The translations under genes were made by a program, and so were the position numbers. A DNA stretch of 64,000 nt from Eledone cirrhosa (Eukaryota). The notes beneath the pieces are model-generated. The model saw nothing but the letters and a program-made list of their open reading frames with translations. It was not told where the DNA came from and searched no databases. The stretch is from positions 10,788,001 to 10,852,000 of the forward strand of contig OZ024751.1 in assembly GCA_964016885.1 (NCBI GenBank). The letters run 5' to 3'. Positions 15,726 to 28,195 of the stretch are shown here, one piece after another; position 1 is the stretch's first letter; every line of letters starts with the position of its first letter.

Positions 15726-15863
15726 AGTATCAGTAGAGGGTCGGACGCCATGCTTTGCAGCAAAGAGTTACGGCCCTTTATGGCCAGAGTTCAAATCCCG
15801 CCAAGGTTAACTTTGCCTTTCATCCTTACGGGGTCGATAAAATAAAGTACCAGTAATACACTG
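15726..15863 (+). mobile_element. SINE A, truncated copy
   Basis: Matches the consensus from AGTATCAGTAGAGGG to GTACCAGTAATACACTG. Confidence 0.8.
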
Positions 15864-15933
15864 CGATAATACCAATGTGCAATTAAAACAGCTAACATAA
15901 TATTTTACCCTATAAAATATAGGATCTTCTGGC

Positions 15934-16603
15934 ATAGGTTAAGAATAACGTCCTCGAAAGTGAAAGTCATTTTTATGACAAGTGAATGTGTTTTTTTTTT
16001 TTTTTTTACATTGAAAGTTACGATACAGTTTGTTTATTTACAACAGGTCTCTATAGTGATATGGTGTTAATTAGTATTGCGTGTGTGATTATTTTCTCTT
16101 ATATATATATGTGTGGGTGTGTATATGTGTGTATATATATGTGTGTCTGTATGTATATATATATATGTGTGTTTGTATATATATATATGTGTTTGTGTCA
16201 TCATCATCGTTTAGATGTTTTTACCCAAATCCCTTATCATTCTCTGTCCTTCTTATGATCCGGCCTTAATTTGTTTATAGTTGGTGCCAACTTTGGCAAG
16301 ATATTACAAAAATATCTAAACGATGATGATGACACAAACACATATATATATATATATACAAACACACATATATATATACATACAGACACACATATATATA
16401 TACACACATATACACACCCACACATATATATATATAAGAGAAAATAATCACACACGCAATACTAATTAACACCATATCACTATAGAGACCTGTTGTAAAT
16501 AAACAAACTGTACCGTAACTTTCAATGTAAAAAAAAACAAAACAAACACATTCACTTGTCATAAAAATGACTTTCACTTTCGAGGACGTTATTCTTAACC
16601 TAT
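15934..16603. repeat. Inverted duplication with ~290-bp arms and an ~85-bp spacer
   Basis: 15934-16222 is the near-exact reverse complement of 16307-16603. Confidence 0.85.
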
Positions 16604-16762
16604 GGCGGATCTTCTTTAGGAATAGTTTCCGTTCACTGGGTATATATAGCGTATTATTTGACTATATTTTGTTAGAAAATATTACAGTGAAAGCTTCTAT
16701 TTCTATTTCTATTCTAAACTTCGCTCGTCACGTTTCAGTCATACTTCCTATATATATTTATA

Positions 16763-16995
<233 letters not shown>

Positions 16996-17031
16996 CTGTG
17001 TGTATGTGTGTTTATATAACATTATTTGCCC

Positions 17032-17202
17032 GGTGGATTGCCAGTATCGGTAGAGGGTCGGACGCCATGCTTTGACGCATAGAGTTACGGCTCTTGCCAT
17101 TCTGAGTTCAAATCCCGCCGAGGTTAACTTTGCCTTTCATCCTTACGGGGTCGATAAAATAAAGTACCGGTAATTGCTGGCCTTGTGCCAAAAATAGAAA
17201 CA
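17032..17202 (+). mobile_element. SINE A with an 11-bp TSD
   Basis: ATTATTTGCCC on both sides. Confidence 0.85.
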
Positions 17203-17439
17203 ATTATTTGCCCCACCTTGAACAGGTGAATACTAATCATATATATATATATAATTTACAAGTTCGAGTCGAAACCATGTGATTGCAGATTCAATTATAC
17301 AGTGCAACATATTGGATAAATGTTTTCTCCTGGGGCCAATCAGAGTCAATTCTTATATATATGTATAGGGTGATGGATAGAAATAAACTTCAGAACGTCA
17401 GATAGAGTTCCATGCATTATTTAGTAAAGTCTATTTACT

Positions 17440-17860
17440 TTTCGAGTTCAAATCTCACCGATGTCAACTTAACACCACCAGTCCACTACTAGGGTTGATT
17501 TTAAGCTATTTCTTCTCGTTGTAAAATTGCTGGCCTTTTGCCTAAATCAGAAACCAACAATGTGGTGGATTGGTCGAATTGTTAGAGCATCGGATAACAT
17601 GTTCTTGCGGTATTTGCTTCAGTTCTTCCCGTTCCTTGTTCAAATTGTGCTAATACAATACGTAAAGTACCAGGTTAGTATTCGTGATCAATTTAATCGC
17701 CTCTTGATCCATGTTAAAATTGCTCTGCCATGGGCCTAGATTAGAAACCATAATAAACAACGGTGGTTGATTGGCAAAATCGGTATAAAACTAAATGTTT
17801 TGAAGCATTTAGTTAAACTACTTCATGTTCTGAGTTCGAATCCTACCGTGGGTTCACTGT
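17440..17860 (+). mobile_element. Old degenerate SINE A relics (about three)
   Basis: GAGTTCAAATC and GAGTTCGAATCC B-boxes; AATTGCTGGCC...AGAAACC tails. Confidence 0.5.
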
Positions 17861-18430
17861 GTATATATTACACCCCTACATTATACATAGAATAAACTAC
17901 CAAATAACAGTACTACCTCTTCTTAATCACCAACATCCCCCCCACCAAACATATTGCGGCCTCGTACCTACTTTAAAACACATTGTTATTAACATTACTG
18001 TGTCATATATTATTTATACATATTCTATACAACACGTTACTTGCCGCCATAGTTTCCCGCCTATCGGTCAATCAAACTATAACATTATATATATGTTTAT
18101 TTGTATTTTTCTACCTCTTTTTTGTTGTATTTCTTTTTAACACAGTAAGATCAGCCATTGTTATGCATACATCATTGGCTTTGTGTAGCAATGTCACTTA
18201 GAAGTGCTGGCCTTGAAACCATCAGACTGTAGGTGAATGACCCGAGGCAGTAAGCGTTCAATACAGCAGGCTAGATGTAATATTATCTAAAACTGTTGAC
18301 CTTCCGGCATAGCTCTAGCTGCCATTTTTTTATATCTTGCTCTCTCTCTCTTTCTCTCTCTTTCTGTCTTTCCCTCTCTTTTCCTCCTTACCCCTTCCTC
18401 CTCCTCCTCATTATTATTATGATCATCATT

Positions 18431-18762
18431 GTTGATTGGCAGCCTCGGTAGAGCATCGGACACAATCCTTTGTGGCATAAAGATTACGGCCCTCTATGTT
18501 CTGAGTTCAAATCCCGCCGAGGTTAGCTTTGTCTTTCATCCTTACAGGGTCGATAAAATAAAGTCCCAGTAATGTACTGGGGTTGATTTAGTCGACCCCC
18601 CCCCCAATTACTGGCCTTATGCCTAAAGTAGAAATAATAATAATTATTATTGTTGTTGGAAGGTTGCTTGGCAGGATCGGTAGAGCGTCGGGCAACATGC
18701 TTTACGACATGTAGTTATGACCCTTTACGTTCTGAGTTCGAATCCCACCGGGGTTAGCTTTG
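18431..18762 (+). mobile_element. SINE A long variant plus a partial second copy
   Basis: Full copy 18431-18640; head-only copy 18660-18762. Confidence 0.75.
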
Positions 18763-18770
18763 TAACGACA

Positions 18771-19560
18771 GTGGTGGTCTAGGTGTACTAATAGTGGTGG
18801 TACTGGTGGTAGTAGTAGTGATGGTTGTAGTGGTGGTTGTAGTGGTGGTCTAGGTGTACTAATAGTGGTGGTACTGGTGGTAGTAGTAGTGATGGTTGTA
18901 GTGGTGGTTGTAGTGGTGGTCTAGGTGTACTAATAGTGGTGGTACTGGTGGTAGTAGTAGTGATGGTTGTAGTGGTGGTTGTAGTGGTGGTCTAGGTGTA
19001 CTAATAGTGGGGGTACTGATGGTAGTAGTAGTGATGGTTGTAGTGGTGGTTGTAGTGGTGGTCTAGGTGTACTAATAGTGGTGGTACTGGTGGTAGTAGT
19101 AGTGGTGGTTGTAGTGGTGGTCTAGCTGTACTAATAGTGGTGGCACTGGTGGTAGTAGTAGTCGAGGTGGTAGTAATGGTAGAAGTGGTGGTAGGGATGG
19201 TAGTAATGGTGTTAGTTATGGTAGTTGAACTTTTGGCCGAGGTGGTAGTAAAGGTTGTAGTGGTAGTAAAAGTGGTACTGGTAGTAGTGGTGGTTGTGGT
19301 AGTAGTAGTAGCGGTGGTGGTAATAGTAGTGGCGGGCGAGGTGGTAGTAAAAGTGGTACTGGCAGTAGTGGTGGTGGTGGTAGTAGTAGTAGTGGTGCTG
19401 GTAATAGTAGTGGTGGGCGAGGTGGTAGTAGTACTGGTAGTAGTAGTGGTGGTGAAGGTGGTAGCAAAAAGTGGTACTGGTAGTAGTGGTGGTGGTGGTA
19501 GTAGTAGTAGTGGTGGTGGTAATAGTAGTGGTGGGCGAGGTGGTAGTAAAAGTAGTACTG

Positions 19561-19592
<32 letters not shown>

Positions 19593-19731
19593 GGTAATAG
19601 TAGTGGGTGTGGTAATAGTAGTGGTGGGCGAGGTGGTAGTAAAAGTGGTACTGGTAGTAGTGGTGGCGGTGGTAGTAGTAGTAGTGGTGGTGGTAATAGT
19701 AGTGGTGGGGGGCGAGGTGGTAGTAGTACTG

Positions 19732-19763
<32 letters not shown>

Positions 19764-20062
19764 GGTAATAGTAGTGGTGGTGGTAATAGTAGTGGTGGGC
19801 GAGGTGGTAGTAAAAGTGGTACTGGCAGTAGTGGTGGCGGTGGTAGTAGTAGTAGTGGTGGTGGTAATTGTAGTCGTGGGCGAGGTGGTAGTAAAAGTGG
19901 TACTGGTAGTAGTAGTGGTGGTGAAGGTGGTAGCAAAAAGTGGTACTGGTAGTAGTAGTAGTGGTGGTGGTGGTGGTGGTAGTAGTAGTAGTGGTGGTGG
20001 TAATAGTAGTGGTGGGCGAGGTGGTAGTAAAAGTGGTACTGGTAGTAGTGGTGGTGGTGTTG
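18771..20062. repeat. 71-bp minisatellite followed by a (GTA/GTG)-derived minisatellite
   Basis: AGGTGTACTA at 18781, 18852, 18923, 18994, 19065; then GGGCGAGGTGGTAGTAAAAGTGGTACTG units. Confidence 0.9.
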
Positions 20063-20242
20063 TGGTCCCAGCAGAAGTGCCAACCATGTGTTAGAATGAC
20101 ACACACGTTACTTGTGAAGCCCAAAACTGAATTAGTGACAACATCACATCCCAGAGAGACGTTTATTTATTTACGTCTTTACACTAGTATAACACTAGTT
20201 TAACGACACACGCACTGTGTCTATGGATATATTGATAAGTAA

Positions 20243-20295
<53 letters not shown>

Positions 20296-20363
20296 TATAT
20301 ATATACATATATGTATATAAATATATATATATACATGTGTATACAAAATATACATATATGTAC

Positions 20364-20404
<41 letters not shown>

Positions 20405-20554
20405 TATATATATATACATATATGTATATAAATATATATATATATACATGTGTATACAAAATATACATATATGTACATATATATATATATGTACATATAT
20501 ATATATATATATACATATGTATACAACATATACATATATGTACATATATATATA

Positions 20555-20624
<70 letters not shown>

Positions 20625-20666
20625 TATATATATATGTACACATATATATATGTACACACACATATA

Positions 20667-20698
<32 letters not shown>

Positions 20699-20711
20699 CG
20701 TATATATATAT

Positions 20712-21072
20712 GTCAGAACCATAGGAGGACCCTCGCCGTCTGGAAGTGCAACAGCAATGCCCTTCCTCACATCCCGCTTTACTTTCTCGTGTGCGATTCG
20801 AGATGCCTCAAAGGCAACTTTTCCCTCATATACAGTCTTTCTCCATTTATTACGATCAGCAGCAATATTTTCCCATGTATCAGCAGAGATGTTAGCGTCT
20901 TTCAGAGAGGCTTTCAAGGAATCCTTATACCTCTTTTTTGGTTTATGTGGCGGTCGTTTTCCTTTAACCAACTCTCCATAGAAGAGTTGTTTTGGTATTC
21001 TAGAATCCTTCATCCTGGCAAGGTGACCACTCCAACGGAGTCGTTGCTTAAGCAAAAGAGCTTCTATACTGT
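20712..21072 (-). mobile_element. RTE (BovB-like) LINE C-terminal fragment
   Basis: Translation [57 protein letters not shown]...[12 protein letters not shown]. Confidence 0.85.
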
Positions 21073-21075
21073 CAC

Positions 21076-21106
<31 letters not shown>

Positions 21107-21403
21107 AAAATAACAAAACACACACACACACACAACACAACAGCATCAACTGCCACCACCACCACCACCGCCGCCGCCATCACCATCACCAGCGACCTGG
21201 CCTTAAGAACAACTTTAATAATAATTTTTCTTTCATATATATATGTATATATATATGTACACATATATATATATATATGTGAATATAGACATAGAATATT
21301 CGAAAATATTCTGTATGTTTATAATAAACATTTTGAAGACCTAATCGCTATAGAATAGAATACGTCACGTATTACAATTAGATTCTCGATAAAAGCAAGG
21401 GAA

Positions 21404-21446
21404 GTAATCTACGCGTTTCATTCTTATTAGAAATCTTCAGGACTAC
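21404..21446 (-). ncRNA. Same hammerhead on the minus strand (repeated at 21714, 22024, 22334)
   Basis: Exact reverse complement of 22688-22730. Confidence 0.85.
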
Positions 21447-22687
21447 ATATCCAGTGCTTTTATCGAGAATGACACAGCTAGAGACTTATAGAATACTTAG
21501 CTGTGTACAGGAACTGGTTTGAAAGAGCGGTTGCCGGTCCGGCAGAAATTAGAAATTGGAATAAATGCTCTGAAATAGCGATATATATGTGAATATAGAC
21601 ATAGAATATTCGAAAATATTCTGTATGTTTATAATAAACATTTTGAAGACCTAATCGCTATAGAATAGAATACGTCACGTATTACAATTAGATTCTCGAT
21701 AAAAGCAAGGGAAGTAATCTACGCGTTTCATTCTTATTAGAAATCTTCAGGACTACATATCCAGTGCTTTTATCGAGAATGACACAGCTAGAGACTTATA
21801 GAATACTTAGCTGTGTACAGGAACTGGTTTGAAAGAGCGGTTGCCGGTCCGGCAGAAATTAGAAATTGGAATAAATGCTCTGAAATAGCGATATATATGT
21901 GAATATAGACATAGAATATTCGAAAATATTCTGTATGTTTATAATAAACATTTTGAAGACCTAATCGCTATAGAATAGAATACGTCACGTATTACAATTA
22001 GATTCTCGATAAAAGCAAGGGAAGTAATCTACGCGTTTCATTCTTATTAGAAATCTTCAGGACTACATATCCAGTGCTTTTATCGAGAATGACACAGCTA
22101 GAGACTTATAGAATACTTAGCTGTGTACAGGAACTGGTTTGAAAGAGCGGTTGCCGGTCCGGCAGAAATTAGAAATTGGAATAAATGCTCTGAAATAGCG
22201 ATATATATGTGAATATAGACATAGAATATTCGAAAATATTCTGTATGTTTATAATAAACATTTTGAAGACCGAATCGCTATAGAATAGAATACGTCACGT
22301 ATTACAATTAGATTCTCGATAAAAGCAAGGGAAGTAATCTACGCGTTTCATTCTTATTAGAAATCTTCAGGACTACATATCCAGTGCTTTTATCGAGAAT
22401 GACACAGCTAGAGACTTATAGAATACTTAGCTGTGTACAGGAACTGGTTTGAAAGAGCGGTTGCCGGTCCGGCAGAAATTAGAAATTGGAATAAATGCTC
22501 TGAAATAGCGATATATATTTTCGAATATTCTATGTCTATATTCACATATATATCGCTATTTCAGAGCATTTATTCCAATTTCTAATTTCTGCCGGACCGG
22601 CAACCGCTCTTTCAAACCAGTTCCTGTACACAGCTAAGTATTCTATAAGTCTCTAGCTGTGTCATTCTCGATAAAAGCACTGGATAT

Positions 22688-22730
22688 GTAGTCCTGAAGA
22701 TTTCTAATAAGAATGAAACGCGTAGATTAC
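22688..22730 (+). ncRNA. Minimal type I hammerhead ribozyme (repeated at 22998, 23308, 23618, 23928)
   Basis: GTAGTC-CTGAAGA-t TTCT aata AGAA t-GAAA-CGCG-TA^GATTAC. Stem I GTAGTC/GATTAC has one G.U pair; core intact; palindromic stem III; predicted cut after 22724. Enclosed by a perfect 16-bp helix ATTCTCGATAAAAGCA/TGCTTTTATCGAGAAT. Confidence 0.85.
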
Positions 22731-24123
22731 TTCCCTTGCTTTTATCGAGAATCTAATTGTAATACGTGACGTATTCTATTCTATAGCGATTAGGTCTTCA
22801 AAATGTTTATTATAAACATACAGAATATTTTCGAATATTCTATGTCTATATTCACATATATATCGCTATTTCAGAGCATTTATTCCAATTTCTAATTTCT
22901 GCCGGACCGGCAACCGCTCTTTCAAACCAGTTCCTGTACACAGCTAAGTATTCTATAAGTCTCTAGCTGTGTCATTCTCGATAAAAGCACTGGATATGTA
23001 GTCCTGAAGATTTCTAATAAGAATGAAACGCGTAGATTACTTCCCTTGCTTTTATCGAGAATCTAATTGTAATACGTGACGTATTCTATTCTATAGCGAT
23101 TAGGTCTTCAAAATGTTTATTATAAACATACAGAATATTTTCGAATATTCTATGTCTATATTCACATATATATCGCTATTTCAGAGCATTTATTCCAATT
23201 TCTAATTTCTGCCGGACCGGCAACCGCTCTTTCAAACCAGTTCCTGTACACAGCTAAGTATTCTATAAGTCTCTAGCTGTGTCATTCTCGATAAAAGCAC
23301 TGGATATGTAGTCCTGAAGATTTCTAATAAGAATGAAACGCGTAGATTACTTCCCTTGCTTTTATCGAGAATCTAATTGTAATACGTGACGTATTCTATT
23401 CTATAGCGATTAGGTCTTCAAAATGTTTATTATAAACATACAGAATATTTTCGAATATTCTATGTCTATATTCACATATATATCGCTATTTCAGAGCATT
23501 TATTCCAATTTCTAATTTCTGCCGGACCGGCAACCGCTCTTTCAAACCAGTTCCTGTACACAGCTAAGTATTCTATAAGTCTCTAGCTGTGTCATTCTCG
23601 ATAAAAGCACTGGATATGTAGTCCTGAAGATTTCTAATAAGAATGAAACGCGTAGATTACTTCCCTTGCTTTTATCGAGAATCTAATTGTAATACGTGAC
23701 GTATTCTATTCTATAGCGATTAGGTCTTCAAAATGTTTATTATAAACATACAGAATATTTTCGAATATTCTATGTCTATATTCACATATATATCGCTATT
23801 TCAGAGCATTTATTCCAATTTCTAATTTCTGCCGGACCGGCAACCGCTCTTTCAAACCAGTTCCTGTACACAGCTAAGTATTCTATAAGTCTCTAGCTGT
23901 GTCATTCTCGATAAAAGCACTGGATATGTAGTCCTGAAGATTTCTAATAAGAATGAAACGCGTAGATTACTTCCCTTGCTTTTATCGAGAATCTAATTGT
24001 AATACGTGACGTATTCTATTCTATAGCGATTAGGTCTTCAAAATGTTTATTATAAACATACAGAATATTTTCGAATATTCTATGTCTATATTCACATATA
24101 TATCGCTATTTCAGAGCATTTAT

Positions 24124-24173
<50 letters not shown>

Positions 24174-24184
24174 GTATATATATA

Positions 24185-24870
24185 TAAATATGAAAATAAG
24201 GGCGCTGCGGAGTTGCAAAAATGGGTTACATATGAAAAAAATTTGTCCTTCATCAGTGATCTTCCAACCATCATAGGCATTTCATCGCTTTAAAGACCAT
24301 ATACCTCCGGTTGGTGCGAGCAACGGCTAAACAAAGACGTTGGGACACGTAAATAAAGGGGACGCGAGAGTAAACAAACAAAATGGTGAAGCAACAGAAA
24401 GTGAGGAAGAAAGAGACAAGTCGTAGATTTCTATGAATTTAAATTCGGTGAAATCGTGAACGAGAGAATAAAGACCATCAAACCTGGTTGAAATGTGAGC
24501 AAGGAAGGAATTTCGCACAGGTCTAACGGGAGGAAGAAGGGGTCTGGTCTGCGAATTCGGTAAACATAAGTTCTGTGAAATCGTAGACGAGAGAGAGAAA
24601 AAATTCATACCAGCTTGGCCAGCGTGCGGGAGAAAAGAATTACACACAGGTCAAACGGGAAGAAAGAGGAGGAGGAGAGGTAGTGACAGAGAATGAGTGA
24701 GTGAAGGGTGAGGAAGAGGCTAACAGAGAGAGAGAGACTGCTAGAAAGGGTAAAGATACATAGAACGAAAAAGACATGTAGCAGCAGAGGAAAAAATATG
24801 TGTAAATATGAAAATAAGGGCGCTGCGGAGTTGCAAATGGGTTACATATGAAAAAAGTTTGTCCTTCATC

Positions 24871-24871
<1 letters not shown>
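24185..24871 (-). mobile_element. Partial-tandem non-autonomous element (~618-bp unit with a terminal direct repeat), Penelope-like architecture
   Basis: 24185-24256 is repeated at 24803-24871; bounded by (TA)n; related copy at 49220-49562. Strand inferred from the CTGATGA motif. Confidence 0.55.
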
Positions 24872-24921
<50 letters not shown>

Positions 24922-24993
24922 TATATATATATATGTACATATATATATATATGTACATATATTTATATATGTACATATATATATATGTACATA

Positions 24994-25024
<31 letters not shown>

Positions 25025-25317
25025 ATACATATATGTATGTATATGCATATATATACACAAATATGCATATATATGTGTGTGTATATATGTACACACACAC
25101 ACACAATTATAAATAAATAAATAAATATATATATATATATATATATAAGAATTAAAATACTAGAGTGTGTTGGAGTTAAACACCCTCTTCGTATTATAGA
25201 AATGACAGTAAAGGTATAGCTCAATATAATTAAACAGAGCCGAAGAATTATTTTATTATATTATATTATTTAATTAATATATATATATATATTTAATGTA
25301 TAATAAACAATACAATA

Positions 25318-25390
25318 TAATTACCTCATTACCAGAGGTTTCCTGAATAAGACGGATACAAGAAACGTCCGCATTCGTTCGTCAGACAAG
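25318..25390 (-). ncRNA. Hammerhead-like motif with full stem III and weak stem I
   Basis: Minus strand reads CTGACGA-long imperfect stem II-GAAA-CCTC tggtaat GAGG-TA. Confidence 0.45.
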
Positions 25391-25472
25391 GCAGTGCTAT
25401 AACTTACATAGAGCACTCTTCATTCCTCTGACTTTTTCAATGGAAACTTCAACACTTATATATATATCGTGG

Positions 25473-25721
25473 CTCTAAGCTCAGAGGAGACTGAGATTAG
25501 TTGGACACGCTCACCGACATCCAGAGTTGACACTGCACTCAGTGCTCTTGTGGGAGCCCCTACATGGACACACTGGAAGTGGAAGACCAAGGTTAACGTA
25601 TGTTGATGCCCTAAGGACAGACACTGGTCTGTTGGAGACGCAGGACATGGCAGCGATAATGAGGGACAGAGACCGCTGGAGAGAACTCGTACATGGATCT
25701 CGGGAATTTTACCTGCCCTAG
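25473..25721 (+). mobile_element. 5'-truncated RTE LINE with an 11-bp target-site duplication
   Basis: Same family as 12496-12765; ATATATCGTGG at 25462-25472 and 25722-25732. Confidence 0.85.
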
Positions 25722-25760
25722 ATATATCGTGGGTACGTCTCTATTTATAAAACAAACTTC

Positions 25761-25826
25761 TTATTTTATCTGATGAAAGCGTACCGATGTTGTCTTGGTT
25801 GCCTTGAAATATATATAATAAAATAA
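25761..25826 (+). ncRNA. Type I hammerhead ribozyme, third family
   Basis: TTATTTTAT-CTGATGA-AAG...CTT-GAAA-TATATA-TA^ATAAAATAA. Perfect 9-bp stem I. Confidence 0.75.
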
Positions 25827-26353
25827 ATATGGTTTTATAAATATAGTTTCAATTTATTTAATATCATTGAATATTTACTCCAGTTAACTGTGGAGTGCTC
25901 TAAATCAGTTATACACATTTATGTTTGTCGGACTTCCAACAAATTAAATACAACTTCTACTTATACATATATATAATTCAAGAAAAAAGAGTGACATGGT
26001 TCGCTATACAATAAGGGCTTTATTCACATTGCTGACAATTGTTTCTTCGATCTGGTAGGTCTAGAGTTCGCTACTCGCCTGATTTTGCGTCAATCGATCT
26101 CCAATACCAGTCGTTACTCCAAGTATAAACTATAGAGAAATCACCGCGAACTCGCAACATCACTATGGAAACGTCTTGTTGAGTCAAACTAAGCCACACG
26201 TTAATACTATCCACTACACGGAGTACCCTAACTGGACTACATCTAAGTGGACTGCCTATAACGATAACCTGTTATCCTGTATATATATATATATTTATTA
26301 TTATTACTATATATATATATATATATATTTATTATTATTACTATATATATAAG

Positions 26354-26545
26354 GGCGGTGGATTGGCAGTATCAGTAGAGGGTCGGACGCTATGCTTTGA
26401 CGTATAGAGTTACGTCCCTTTATGATCTGAGTTCGAATCCCGCCGAGGTTAACTTTGCCTTTCATCCTTACGGGGTCGTTAAAATAAAGTACCAGTAATG
26501 TACTGGGTAATTGCTGGCCTTGTGCCAAAAAGTAGAAACAATTAT
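26354..26545 (+). mobile_element. SINE A, full length
   Basis: GGCGGTGGATTGGCAG...GTAGAAACAATT; flanking ATTATTACTATATATATA duplicated. Confidence 0.85.
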
Positions 26546-26583
<38 letters not shown>

Positions 26584-26584
26584 T

Positions 26585-26830
26585 GATGATGATGGCTGCC
26601 ACGCGATTTCGAGTAATGCAATTCGCTTGATATTTAAGCACGAGCATCACGGACGTGGTTTTTTAGTCCTACTAGGGACGAGGAACGGATTTACATGGGG
26701 CCAATACCATTCTCTGAATATCGAATGCCTTTACCCAAAAAGTAGAACGGGTCTACATCATTGGATGCAAACGAAGTTGCAGGTTTTATATCAGACTGAC
26801 CTCCTAAAGAGACTCTCGCTCCACCCAAAA
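26585..26830 (-). mobile_element. Degenerate RTE-type 3' end with a (CAT)n tail
   Basis: Minus strand encodes SLVGLKNHVR and ends CTCGAAATCGCGTGGCAGCC-ATCATCATC, resembling the 27779 family tail. Confidence 0.45.
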
Positions 26831-26864
26831 ATAAATATATATATATATATAAGAAAGCCTTATT

Positions 26865-26985
26865 GATTGGCCGTTGACTCTCCTGAGTCCCTTCGCCCTT
26901 TGACAGGTTTTGTTTTTCATTCCGCAGGGTGTCCAAATTAACAAAGCAAGGTTAGTGGGGTAGCCGGCTTTGTCGCCGACCATGT
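26865..26985. repeat. Unclassified dispersed repeat, second copy at about 31580-31705
   Basis: Shared GCCCTTTGACAGGTTTTGTTTTT...TGTCCAAA...GTGGGGT. Confidence 0.55.
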
Positions 26986-27033
26986 ACAGGTATGTGTGTA
27001 TATATATAATTATATGTGTATACACACACACAC

Positions 27034-27102
<69 letters not shown>

Positions 27103-27508
27103 CATATATATGTATGAATATATATGTATGCATACATATGCATATATATGCATGTATGCATATATATGCATATATATGTATGTATGCATACATATGCATG
27201 TATGCATATATATGTATGTATGCATATATATATATATGTATGTATGCATATATATATATGTATGTATGCATATATATATATATGTATGTATGCATATATA
27301 TGTATGTATGCATATATATATATATGTATGTATGCATATATATATATATGTATGTATGCATATATATATATGTATGTATGTATATATATATATGTATGTA
27401 TGTATATATATATATGTATGTATGTATATATATATATGTATGTATATATATATATGTATGTATGTATATATATATATGTATGTATGTATATATATATATG
27501 TATGTATG

Positions 27509-27559
<51 letters not shown>

Positions 27560-27564
27560 GTATG

Positions 27565-27613
<49 letters not shown>

Positions 27614-27778
27614 GTATATATGTATGTATATGTATGTAAGTATATCTCGGTATGTAAGTATATCTATGTATGTATATGTATATATATATGTATGTATGTA
27701 TATGTATGTGTATGTATGTTTGTGTATGTATGTATATGTATGTATGCATGTATGTATGTATGTATGTATGTATGTATG

Positions 27779-28056
27779 TCATCTTGGTTAAGAGAGTGGG
27801 ACTGGCTTTGTGCAGTGTCTTTGCTCACTATAAAAGCTTCACGGCACAGGCATTGCTTTATATCTGGAGATCTCTCTGCACTTGTCACATGGTACCACCA
27901 GCACTATGTGTCAATAATTGTCACAAGTGTAGTGTTTGTACCAGAGTTTTCAAGTCGCTGGCTGGATTAAAAGGTCACACTCATTCAGTGCATCGGTATG
28001 GGTTCTCCTACATGGATATAAAGTAGTGGCCGTACTCGAAAACGAGTTGGCAGCCA

Positions 28057-28060
<4 letters not shown>
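27779..28060 (+). mobile_element. Short RTE-tailed element (copy 1) with a C2H2 remnant
   Basis: Translation [22 protein letters not shown]; terminal CTCG aaaa CGAG hairpin; second copy at 31160-31449. Confidence 0.65.
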
Positions 28061-28136
<76 letters not shown>

Positions 28137-28151
28137 TTTCCGAATTTGTAT

Positions 28152-28195
<44 letters not shown>

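Larger units (their letters stand above)
21271..24129. mobile_element. Retrozyme-like array of a 310-bp hammerhead-containing unit: 4 minus-strand copies, then 5 plus-strand copies and a partial copy
   Basis: Exact 310-bp period (units start 21271, 21581, 21891, 22201; then 22554, 22864, 23174, 23484, 23794; partial 24104-24129). Only one substitution noticed (22272). Orientation flips at about 22515. Flanked by (TA)n. One hammerhead per unit. Confidence 0.9.

Noticed and set aside
19001-20124. Mucin-like Thr-rich ORFs
   Set aside because: The Thr-rich register shifts repeatedly between frames, and the adjacent 71-bp unit is not a multiple of 3.
21271-24129. CRISPR array or ordinary satellite interpretation of the 310-bp repeat
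   Set aside because: No unique spacers or cas genes; the ribozyme core and dense hairpins favour a retrozyme.
27905-27995. C2H2 motif as a host zinc-finger gene exon
   Set aside because: A single finger inside a duplicated element ending in an RTE-like tail.
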